The notes beneath the pieces were generated by a model. That model worked only from the letters and a program-made list of their open reading frames with translations, was not told the DNA's origin and ran no database searches. The position numbers and the translations under genes are program-made. A stretch of DNA of 63,019 nucleotides, counting the filler, from Circinaria calcarea (Eukaryota), in assembly GCA_051942165.1 (NCBI GenBank). It is 11 parts of 11 records of this genome, joined end to end, with 100 filler letters (N's around TTAATTAATTAA, not from the genome) between each part and the next. Parts side by side here need not be neighbours in the genome. Positions count along the whole stretch, not along the records: positions 23,002 to 28,647 come from JAVECS010001838.1; positions 28,748 to 34,388 come from JAVECS010001839.1; 9 more parts are not named here. One strand, written 5' to 3'. Within the stretch, counting starts at the first letter, position 1, and the number at the start of each line of letters is the position of its first letter. Below are positions 23,359 through 34,488 of the stretch, in pieces.

Positions 23359-24088
23359 TTAGTTTACACTGTCTCCTCCGCCATTGGGATGGTCTCTTGC
23401 CTTCTCAAGTACTGCCTTCATTCGTAAATCCCGCGTCTTGTCTTCAGTGAACCCGTGTGACTTGATATAAGTTAAGAAAACTCTCGTCCGTAACTCAATA
23501 AAACATGGGATCAATGGGCGACAATGTTGAGTAACGTTCGCATCCAGTATTTCAGCAAACCAGATATCCGTACCCATTATAGCTGCCGTATCCGCACCGA
23601 TTACAATTGCCGCCTTCTTCCTTGTTAGGCTTGATACATCCATTTTCCACCATCTTTCGTAGACAGAGACCTCTTGATCTTCCGGATCCGGTACAATAGA
23701 TACAGATTCAGAAGAGAACCCAGACGAATGACTCGAGGTCATGGAGAAATTCACAGGCAGCCGTCACAGCCCCGCCAGTGTTGCGAAGGATATTCAGTTG
23801 CTGGTAATGCAAAGCGTCCTTCATTACTCGGCGTGCTTTAAATTGATGAATAAGGTAGCGAAGGATGGTCCATGAGCAAGAGCCAGCCAATCCAAAATAG
23901 ACGGCAAGGAAGGCCGCTAGAAGACCACCGGATCGAGTAGAGAGTGTGAGTGTATAGCCAAGGACACGGCCATTAGGCTAACTGGTCCACACTTTTAAAA
24001 AAGGAGGTTAGTCAAAGAGATAAGAGATAGATATGATGTCCGTAATCCTTGCCTGTGTAGACATATGGGGGATAGACGTAGGAGCCAT
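23359..24088 (-). pseudogene. Pseudogene of a conserved uncharacterised fungal membrane-protein family
   Basis: YVYT..VWTS*PNGRVLGYTLTLSTRSGGLLAAFLAVY..WTILRYLIHQ..DALHYQQLNILRN; family Trp mutated to TAG (23978-23980), frameshift after the ATG, early truncation. Confidence 0.7.
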
Positions 24089-25337
24089 TGTTGCTTGACA
24101 TGTTCATCACAAAACTTAGAGTTAGGTGAAAGGGAGCATCAAGCGCATGAAGATAACCATTTCAGAAAGTATGGCGGAGGGGCTTGATCATATAGGTAAA
24201 CCAACGCTCAACCGTTTTAGCCTCGTGGGAATGAATGGCGAAGTCCGGTGCTCTGCAGGACGGCGCGGGAGGAGTCATTCCAGTGGTTTATGATGAGAAG
24301 TGGGAACTTGCAGACTGTGCATATATAGTAACCTCAGCCGAGCTCAGTCTGCCAAGAATAAAGACTTAGGCTGAGAGAAAAAGGGTTTTGCTAACACTAA
24401 TCCATAGAAAAAACATGTGGCTGATTCGCAAGTAAAGAAAGCCGGTCCCAAAGAGGAAAATCATGTCAACATATAGCTTCACGCAGTCGCTAGCACAATG
24501 TGGCTTTAGCAAGAGGTTTCCCCCCTCCCCCGAAGCAGATCCATTCCCGAGGCAGTTGCTCTGTACTTGTACATATATGTACAGTCACATTACCAATTAC
24601 GGTGATCAGCTACTGCACAACCAATGTAGATTGTCACAAATAGATGAATGAGATCCTGCTTGATACAGACTTAATAGAGGTATGTACTCGGGGGTTCCAG
24701 AAAGTATGGCTACGCCATTCGGGGGCTACGGCTGCAAAATCCGTGGCTAGACTTTTTGAAGCCCCCGAGTACATAAGTGCCCTGCCAGCACGGGTTGGAC
24801 ATCTTGAAATTTCCTGCTTCTGCGATTAAAGGGATTCAGTACTTGGAAAATATGCCAGAAAGGCCAGGCCGACCATCTGTACGTAGTATGCTAAAGAGAA
24901 TTTTGAAATAGAACATTTCAAAGCAGAGGATTTCGAAGAAGAGAATATTTTGTCTAAAATGGATTGGATTTCAAAGCAATGACATTTTAAACCAATGGCC
25001 ATCGTAGTATAAAAGAAAGCCCATGGCGGTCAACGGAGGCTTTCGACTGAAGGTAGCTCAGCTAGATTAATTCCGAAATACACAACAGGACCAGATGCAT
25101 AACCTAAAACAAAAATTTTATGGCGCACACCTACACATATTGGTCGAAATTCAAACGGAAGCGAAAAAATATTTCTTGCTTCTTGAGCTATCCAATGCTC
25201 TTTCACAAATATATTGTCGGAAGGATTTAATTGAGGAGGGGGAACATCAGAGGAATGGGACTCAATATATAGTAATCCCCTATCTGTCTCTAGGTTGTAG
25301 TCATCGCTGGAGAAAAATAGGTTTCTAATAAATGCAT

Positions 25338-28010
25338 TTATCTTGAGTGTCTGCAGTGAGCTCCCGTGGGCGGGTCCCAGAGCCTAACGGTGTCGTCGTC
25401 GGATGCCGATACCACGATCTTGCCGTCGGCCGAGAAGGCCACGGCGCGGACGCAATCCGAATGACCCTCGAGCGTCTGCAGCAAAGAGCTCCACTCTTTT
25501 TGCACTTTTGGCAGCCTAGGAATCCAACCAGGCATCTGGTCTTCAAACTGTCTCCGAACTAAACTAATCTTTGGCGCGAATACAAGAGCAGAGCAATATG
25601 TTTGAAGAGGCGCCTCATCAATTACTGATCGATTAATAGGAATGAATCGTTTTGCATCATGAATGAACGGGTTACGAGAGGGACTTTGGTCAGCCTAAGT
25701 GACTATAAGTGAGTTGGAATCTTCCTAAGTTTGCTTTGAGTGTTGCTTACTACAACCATACTCTCCAACGCACTTGTTGCAAGAACGCCCTCGGAAGTCT
25801 TCCCATCAAGCTAAGGGCTTCAAGCTAGTGAAGAAAGTGCATTTGGAGGAATGTATGTACTCGGTCATAATCGCACTGGTCGATCTTGGCTCCCTAGAGA
25901 TGGGCGACCTAGTAGCAACATGCGTACTGGACTGCTGAAGGGAGGCAGCTATCCACCTTACGTTTTTCTTTCTCGGAAGCGAGGAATCCTGGCTGTCGAA
26001 GCTCGCCCATGTCTCTCAGAGCTGACCATCGAGACACCTTGCGCTGTCAAGGAGAAAGTTGTGGAAAGAAAGGTGAAATATGTCAACAGGAGATCTATCG
26101 TCGTCAGAAACAATCAAAACTGAGCGTAAGTCACGTAGAACAATACGTATTTCTTGTATATAAACGCCAAGTATCATAGCCAAACCGGAGGGAGAGAGCA
26201 TCTGAGACAGAATAGTAATCGATCCCATAACACGCCGAAAGAGCGGAACCAGATAGCTGTTGTTATTGCTTTCAATTGCTTGCCGCAGAATCAGTGGATA
26301 TGCGCCATTCAGCTCATTCATAGGGGAGTTACTGGTATAGTTTGCACCAAGAAGCACAGAGAGTTTGGCCTCTGGAAAGCTGGTGTCCAGAAGAAAACGG
26401 CATGCTCTCGCAGCATAAATAAAGAGGCGACCGGCTTTCTGAACGAGTTTCTGTGTCTTCTCCTCACCTGGCCACCCATTCTCCAGAGAATTTTTGATCG
26501 CCACCTCAGCAAACTTGCCCTCAAGAATACTGAAATATCGTGCTCAGTCTGGCGGGTTTGTTCATCCTTGGTGGAGTTAAGCTCCGAGTTCCAGTAAAGC
26601 TTCTTGAATATTTTCTCAAAGCTTTGTGAAATAGCTCTCTCAGGTCTGCCGGTGATGAAAATTTGTACCCGTATTCCCTTGAGGTCGCTCACCTTAGTAG
26701 GAGTTCAGGGATCCGGTCACACTGATGACCTCTGCACCCATCTGGTGCATTAATCACCGAAACTAGGACCAGGGGTATAAGCAGGCGATCACCTAGTACC
26801 GATAGAGGCTCGAGAATGGGGCGTTCCCCACTGGTTCCGTGGAGGTTGCTCGACTACTGTCTTATCCTGGTCTATTGCGTTGCTGATATAAGATCTGAGC
26901 TCCGGCAACGCGTTTGCCAACTAGGAGGCGAGAGTGGCAAAAAGTCCAATTGTCTCACCACTGAGTTCTCCGCTCCTCGAGAAGAAGAAACTTGCTCCAA
27001 GGTGATCCTGTTGGTGAAGGTTTTCCGCTACAGTACGTGCGATAGTGGACTTGCCAGTACCGGCCACGCCACTGGGCCAGAAGACACATTTTGTTATCGT
27101 GCAGTTGGCCCCAAAGGTTGATCTCTTTAAGGGATCTCAATCCGGGTCTTTTCATGACATGTGGAGGGAAGGTGAAGCACCTTAGGGTCGATGGTTTTGA
27201 AGGCCGCATACTTTGCGCAAGGGAGTTTTGCTAAATTCTATTCTTGATTGGCATTCTGCAAAGGAATAATAAGCAGTTGTCAAACGGTTTCCCATACCTC
27301 TAGTTTACTCAGTATATGATTGGCTTTGTCTTGAAGTTTGGATACTTCAGCATCGATATTCTTCAATGTACCGCCGCCAAGTGTCTCTAGATCTACGTAG
27401 ATACTCTGTTATATTTTCAGTAGTTTCGCAAGCATCTTCTTCCAGTTGTCCATCCTAGCTAAACTTCTCCAAAACCGGAAGAACGCGGTACGCGAGTATT
27501 GACAAGTGATGCGGATCTGGCCATTTAGAAATTATGAATAGAGAAGGATTGTTTTGGTTCTAAGCCGCCGTCCAAGTTCCTGAATGGGGGATGGTGGCAT
27601 GCTACAACACAATATTAGTATATGGCTAGATGGAAGTAGGTTGCATATTCTCCGGACTTGAAGGCAGAAAGCCCACGCCTTGGCAGCCCACTGGCTCCCC
27701 GGTGTACTACAATGGAATTAAGCAAGTACCTTTGCCTCATGCTCCCCTGTGTAAGTCTGTATGTATGTCCAATTAGTCTGAAACGAACCAGAAGGTCTGA
27801 TATATATTCAACAACTTCTATGGCATCGTCAGCCTGCGTGACCGGATTCGATAGCAACTACAAGATGGAAATTAGCATTATAAAGCGGACAGCAACCAGG
27901 TAACCAGGTATATACCAAAATAGATCGATACTTACTGGAAGATTGACTACAACTCCGGCCCATGCTAGTGCAGCGTGAGGTTCGGCACTAACTGCTATGG
28001 ATTTGATCTT
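25338..28010 (-). pseudogene. NACHT-WD40 NLR (HET-E/NWD-like) pseudogene
   Basis: N-terminal PHAALAWAGV; P-loop GVAGTGKSTIARTVA near 27030-27073, LGASFFFSR, IFITGRPE, LFIYA, FHLSFHNFLLD, PLQTYCSALVFAP, one WD40 (TLEGHSDCVRAVAFSADGKIVVSASDDDTVRLWD); stops at 26921 and 25825 plus multiple frameshifts. Confidence 0.9.
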
Positions 28011-28433
28011 TGACCCGAATTTCTTTCTCTTATGATCACTCTCAGATCATCCTCTTGTATTGCTTTCAACTTGCGTTCAGCCAGCCCTCGGAGCTGCTCT
28101 TCCCGGCCCTCGCCTCCGGGACCATTATCTGACGAGACTGTTCCCCCAACTGTGGACGGTTGACTCTCGAGTGTATTTGTTTAGTTTACTTCTCTACAGG
28201 CAACTCCTAATAAAGGATAGCGTGATAATGGGCGAGTCAATTATTAATGCAATGTAATTCCACCCATAAGTCGTGTAGTACGCGCTCACCGCATACCTTT
28301 CAAGTGATTTTTAAAAACGAATAAATAATATGTTTGTAGAGTATGGTAATATCTTAAAAATTAAATCGTTTAGTTTTCTCTTAAGTTTTTATGTGGCAGG
28401 ATGTGGGGGTTAAAATCCGCTTACCGCGCGCCT

Positions 28434-28499
28434 TAATCGTGCCCATGGGTAAACTTTTGAAAAAATTATTTCGCGAAATAATTTTTTCAAAAGTTTACC
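28434..28499. repeat. Dispersed palindromic repeat, copy 2
   Basis: Perfect 52-bp palindrome 28448-28499 centred on TTTCG|CGAAA; left flank TAATCGTGCCCATGGGTAAA matches copy 1 in reverse complement (19/20). Confidence 0.9.
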
Positions 28500-28647
28500 A
28501 GATATCCCTTAGCTATGCCGCATCCGGTTAAATGCCGCAGCATGTCCCCCCCCTCTATTTTTAATAATTTATTATTATAAAACAACAGCAATAATTAGCG
28601 CTATAAAAATTAAATGTATTATAAATTAAATATATATAAATAATAAT
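28498..28647. mobile_element. Terminus (TIR) of pogo/Fot1-like DNA transposon, RIP-degraded, contig-truncated
   Basis: TA|CCAGATATCCCTTAGCTATGCCGCATCCGG is 28/30 identical to the end at 44561; followed by very AT-rich sequence. Confidence 0.75.
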
Positions 28648-28747
28648 NNNNNNNNNNNNNNNNNNNNNNNNNNNNNNNNNNNNNNNNNNNNTTAATTAAT
28701 TAANNNNNNNNNNNNNNNNNNNNNNNNNNNNNNNNNNNNNNNNNNNN

Positions 28748-30200
28748 CTACGAAAGTCATCTCAGCCCGCCGGCCGGTGGGCGTCGACGGGAAAGCTCGG
28801 CCGATGTCTTTTACCGCCGAAGAGAGAGCGGACCGGGATTCTACGAAGAGAAGGATCGATATATTGTCGAGGAAAAATATGGACCTCTGGCCAGACGTCC
28901 AAGAGGAGGACCGGGAAGGTATTATGATGAGGAGATCGACAGTGCCGAGGACAGTCCCAATCGTGGGCAGATGATGTCTTTTGAAAGAAAAGAACGGAGC
29001 TTCGCCCCGCCTCCAAGGCGAGGACCCGCCCGGCCGACTTTTATCAGAAGGCAATCCAGCCTTGATACATTCGACCGCAAACCATTACCAAGGTATGGGG
29101 ATCGTATGAGAGAGCCGCCCGAGGTGATTGCTATTCCGGTTGGTGGTCGCAGGAGGAGTCCACCACGGTTTGTCGACAGAGAGTACGAGGAGGAAATCAG
29201 GATCGCCGAGCCTGATTACTATGGAGATGAGGAATTCCGAGGGTACAGGGAAAGGGAGGTCAGTACTGTCAGGACAAGGAAAGATCGAGGTGAAGTGGAG
29301 ATTAGGGAAAGGGAGGAATTTGTTGTCGAAGAGGAACCTGAAAGGGAGGCGCCGAGGAGAGGGAAGACACGAATGCCGATGAGGTTGATCAACAAGAGGG
29401 CTATCATTGAGCTTGGATATCCTTATGAGGAAGAGGTAGGAGAACGTGAGCCGCTAATCGGATCGGTGGCTAATAATTCGTAGGGTGACACCCTTGTGAT
29501 CTTGAAGGCACTGAGTAAAGATCATATTGACGAAGTTATCAAGATCAGCAGGGAGATGAATGCAAGGGGTGAAAGTAACTGCCACCGTCATGATTATCAT
29601 CGTCAAGCTTCTACTGACTCTAAGTTAGGTCGCACGACTTATCTAATCGAAGCACCAGCTCCACCCCCAGAACCGCAGCCACAAGTTGTTGAACGCCGCA
29701 CCGAGATCATCATCAATCCACCTCAGGAAACGCATAAACCGCTAAGTGAGGCGCCCCGTTCCGTGCGTGAATGGGATGCCATGAGCTCGAGAACCGAGAG
29801 ACGGGACCATTCTCCATCGGCCAAGACCTCAAAATCCCATCACTCACGTCACCGCTCCGTCTCGTCAGCTTCGACCCGTCGTGAAATTATCATCGAAGCG
29901 GGCGAAGAATCAAGCTCCATCCATTCCCCGCTCGCTCTTGCTATTCCCGATCGTCGTAAAGACGAGCGAAGCATCAAAGCCGAGATCCGCGCCTTGGAGG
30001 CCGAGAAGAAGGCGTTGCAACTGGAACGGGAAGTCGAGAAGGAGCATCGAAGAGCGGATCGGTACCGAGACGGTGAGGTCATTGTTGGGAGAGAGGTTGT
30101 CCGTGGGGATCGAGAAGTCATTATCGAGAGGGAACGGCCCAAAGAGACCGTCGTCAAGATCGAAAAAGATCGGAAAGGTAGGCTGAGTCTTGTCCGCTGA
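28748..30200 (+). CDS. Conserved fungal Glu/Arg-rich protein (DUF8035-like), 5'-truncated, 2 introns
   Basis: RRQSSLDTFDRKP, RRGKTRMPMRLINKRAIIELGYPYEEE | GDTLVILKALSKDHIDEVIKISREM, IKAEIRALEAEK, KIEKDRKGRLSLVR*. Confidence 0.8.
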
Positions 30201-31027
30201 ATGACTGAAGTGGGGAGGAAGAGGGGGGGCTGATTTGTATGTACGCGCAGCTCCGAATCCGAAGCTCCTCAGGGCCATGCTGGGTACGTTGACCTAGTCG
30301 GTGCACACCCTGACGGGTCACTCCCGGCGAGTGGTCGACGTTCATTTTTACGGAAGTCGATGCTTTTGCCCAGCCGGCCACTACTTTCAATTCCGCCGCA
30401 GCTCAGGACGAAGACAGTATGTGTACCTAGTACTGCTCGAGAAGATCATGCATTGTCTCCGGGTCCCTCTGCACCTAGCCAGGGTCGAAAAAAACCACAC
30501 TCCCCTTAATCGACTCCAACCCCCCCTCAGGTTAGAAGTTTGCCTCTTGGATTATCGGAACTTCTTGTCAACCTACACTCGTTACCGCGAGTTCATTCGC
30601 CAACTTCCCTTTGTCGGCCAGACAGTTAGTTTTTTTTTTCTCATCTCAGCAATGCAAGCTGCATGCGTCCAAGACTGCGGGTTATTGTTATCCCCAATCA
30701 TCTCCCCAATCGATCCCACGCTGCCCCTAATTCCTGTTGTCTTTTTTCCTGGCGCCCGGCATGGCTGTACCTTGCTTCCTGGAAGCATAAATTGAGAACA
30801 TGGAAGTTGTGGGCTTGGAAGCTTGGGGGAATTTGGGATAGGAGCTTAGTTTTTGTCGTTTAGTTTGGTCATAAACCTCACGAATCTCTTTTGTTCAGGG
30901 ATTTACTTTTTTTGGAGTTTCACCGTCGTGAGATGAGTTCGTTGTGCCCAACTCCAACTGGGGAAATTGTAATCTCGTATACCTATGGATCCCATCCATG
31001 CGCTGACCAATACGTGATCCTGTGGCA

Positions 31028-33418
31028 CTAGACTTCCCGAGCTGAGTCACTCTCTTCGTCCTGTTCATCTTGTGCATTGTCACCCAAGCAGGTCGGGCAA
31101 ACCCGCGAGAACCGTAGCCAGCCCAGCCAGCGTACATGGAACACATCTCGCAGCAGGAGCAGAGACCCCGCCCAGAGCACATACCAATCCGACGGTTTGG
31201 TGGAGCGACGATTCGGTTCGAAGCGGTCGAACCTCTTGGCGCGATCCGCCCACGTCTGGGATGGGAGGTCCACCCTCATGCGGTGGACGATTTTCTTCCG
31301 GTACCCGGAATACAGGCCGTGGCCATGCCGGACTAGCCGTTCGATGTTGAAGACGACGATGTACGTGGCCAGTGCCACCGATGGCATGGCGATGGCAAGG
31401 TTGGTCAAGTTGAAGGCATCCGTGGTGCTCCATAATGACTGATCCGGTTAGCCCCTTGATTGACAACGAGTCCCTCGTTTGGGTGAGCGGGGCTTACGGC
31501 GCAAAACGAGAGAGGCAGGTAAAAGATGCTGACGTAGGTGAGTAACTTTACGTTCCGACCGAGTTCACTCGCCGCTCGGGATTCGATGACAGCGCTGGCG
31601 TTGAAAAGCTGTGACGGAGACATGAGTCTAATAAGGGCGCCGGGGGATGTCTTCTCGGGGGGCCACTTACACCGTCTCGGAGCAGCTTGGTTCTTTCCAG
31701 GTGCTTCTCCAGTTGATGCTGCACGGCTTTGAGTTTTGCCACCTCAGAGTCAGCCGTTTCCACCCCACCAAGCAACTTTCCATGGCCTTTCCAGCCACTC
31801 AATCGGAGGTAAGGATCAACCTCCTGAGCGCGGTATCGCTCCCACGCGTGAATGGAGTCGGAAATCTTGTCAATGAACGTCGTGACGGCCTCAACGATCC
31901 AAAAGTATTTCCTCGATCGTGAGAAGCTTTCATCTTCAAAAAGGAGCAGGTCGTGCTTCTCGGGAGATAGAAGAGTCGATTCAGCCTGGTTGAGAAGGTT
32001 CTCGCCAACCAAAGTATCAAAGTAAGATGCCATCTGCTGCCATTCCGCAGCCGCGGTACGCAGGGCATAACCTACCAAGACAAGCATAGCTACTTGCATT
32101 GAGCTTTCTTCAGCAAGGGCGTCTTTCAAGATATCTTCGAGATCGTTGTACCAGGTGACGGGATCCATGAGGAGAATAGTCCAATACTTGTCCGGTTCCC
32201 TCGAAGTCTTATCGATGGCATTTGTAAGTCGATCAGATATTGCGTCCATCTGTACCATGTTAGCGCCGTTCATCGCCACTAGATCCCAGGATAGTATTAT
32301 TGTCTGACTGTGATGGACTGAAACTCTGTTGAGTGATGCTGCCCACCCGGATAAAGCGAGCCTCCATGCCATACAGATGGCGCGATATCTTCAGCACGCG
32401 ATGTACTGTTCTTCGGATATGTCAATTGAAACAGACAACCGCTTTTCTTATGGATGTCTGGACGATAATCGGTCAACATCCTTCCGTGGAATCGACGGTG
32501 AAGGTGCATGGATGCAGGTTGACTAATGTCACTGAAGTAGGGATCTTGGATGATCCCATTCGAGTCGACCATCCGGGAAAGACCTCGACAAGAACTGCGC
32601 AGTTACATTAGCGACCTTCAAGGTGTCGCTACCTGGTACCCATACATAATTCGACGCCACGGCGCAATCGGTCTCAGCTCATGTCGAGTCAGCCATTCCG
32701 GCGGCCACTCGGAGGCTGGGATCTCGCATTGATGATCTGTAGAATTATTCTTGGCAGGCGATACCGATGGAGGATCTACGCAATCCCATTGAGTGTAGGC
32801 ACCACTGCTGTCGTAATCTCGAATCCAGAAATGCCCTCGGCCGAGCCTAATTTGAAAATCCTCAAACCGTCGAAGCTCTGCTAAGCACAACTGGATGTCG
32901 CTCTCGGTTGTAAAGCCAGACGGGAGCGAATCCGACATAAATTGCCGGAGGAAATGGCCTTTTGTAGCCGGAACCCGATGTCGAAAGTCATCAGGAGGAA
33001 GGCGATTGAGGCGATCCAACACGTCTGATCTATCTAGGACACCGTTGTAGTGTTGTACGAATCTCGCCAACGTCGTCTCATCCAGAGGGGAAGACTTCCC
33101 ATAAGGGACGTAAATTGTACCGACGGTTTCGCTAAGACTTTCGGAAACGGATTGATGGGCAGAACCAATAGAGATATCCAAGGATCGAGTCGCTGATGAA
33201 CGGCCAGCATTAACGTCGCCGGGGGTCAGGCTTCCCCCGTTCGATATCCCGCTTCGGCATCGACAGTGGCAGCCGTCGATTGCGGATTGACTTGCGCATC
33301 CACGATTCTGATTCTTGATACTCGTCAACGAGGCACTGATGTCCCTCAACAATGATACGATCGTCTCCTCTTCGGAAACAACAAGGCTCTCGGCTACCGA
33401 AGCATTACCAAGAGGCAT
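31028..33418 (-). CDS. Fungal CorA-like protein with two C-terminal TM helices, multi-exon
   Basis: HDLLLFEDESFSRSRKYFW, coiled coil, LRDG | LFNASAVIESRAASELGRNVKLLTYVSIFYLPLSFCA | SLWST, then a second TM AIAMPSVALATYIVVFNI. Confidence 0.75.
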
Positions 33419-34488
33419 CCTCAGACAGCATTTCTTCTAGATTAGAATACTTGGTAAATACATAAACCAAAAAGATTGCTAAATATTTCTTCAAAGCTGC
33501 TTGGAATGACTAATCGCCAGGTAGCCAAGCCACCATCGTGGCGTAAACATAGATAAAACAAGGGTTGGACCTAGCAATCGCCATGTGCTGGATGAAGCTT
33601 ATCAATAATTTTATGCATATCGTAGGTAAATGGTATTACCCATGAGAAACTCATATGTTGTGCTTAGAACTATTAAATTAGACAATATTCATTGGAACAG
33701 AGAAGCAAGCATCTTCATGTTAATGTGTGGTGTGTGGGCTGTGAATATAAGCGGCAGCCCCTGAGCTAGAGAAAACCCGCTACTTCTAATGTATACACCA
33801 GAGCCTTTCTCATTCTTTGTGGGAATCCCCAACAATATGTAAGATTTTACATGCCTAGAAGGCTCCCCATATTCGGATACCGGTGGTATGGCTCGTGAGG
33901 AACCTCGACGTCGAGTCGGGTAGTTTACGCAGCAGGGTAATCAAGGTGCAGTGTCAGAGATGGGACTCCATATGAAATTATATGAGTTTTCATAGACGGC
34001 AAAAGGATTATGAGACAGACTCTCCTCTGACACCCAAGGAGAGTCCTCTGTGCAAATTTTCTAAACCATCATTGGTCCCGATTTAAGTACCATCGTATCA
34101 CTCCAAGCAGGGTCCCAGGCTCTACTCCCTTGTAAACCTCCCTTGCTCAACCAGCTTCCTCACTCACATCTTCAGACCTACGATGCCTAGGATACAACTC
34201 CCCACCAGCCACCTCGACGCAGCGCCCACCGCCACCAGTAGCCCCGCAACCAGGTACGAGCATCCCAGCAGGATCCTCAACGCCTCGAGATTCTGCACCG
34301 CGACCGCCCACTCCACCCCTCTGCCCACCTGCCCGCCGACGTCGTCGTACTTCCATACGACCATCAAGATCGGGAACAGTTTCATACANNNNNNNNNNNN
34401 NNNNNNNNNNNNNNNNNNNNNNNNNNNNNNNNTTAATTAATTAANNNNNNNNNNNNNNNNNNNNNNNNNNNNNNNNNNNNNNNNNNNN

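Noticed and set aside
34183..34388. ORF start running into the contig end
   Set aside because: Could be a real 5' end, but 68 codons without motifs cannot support a call.
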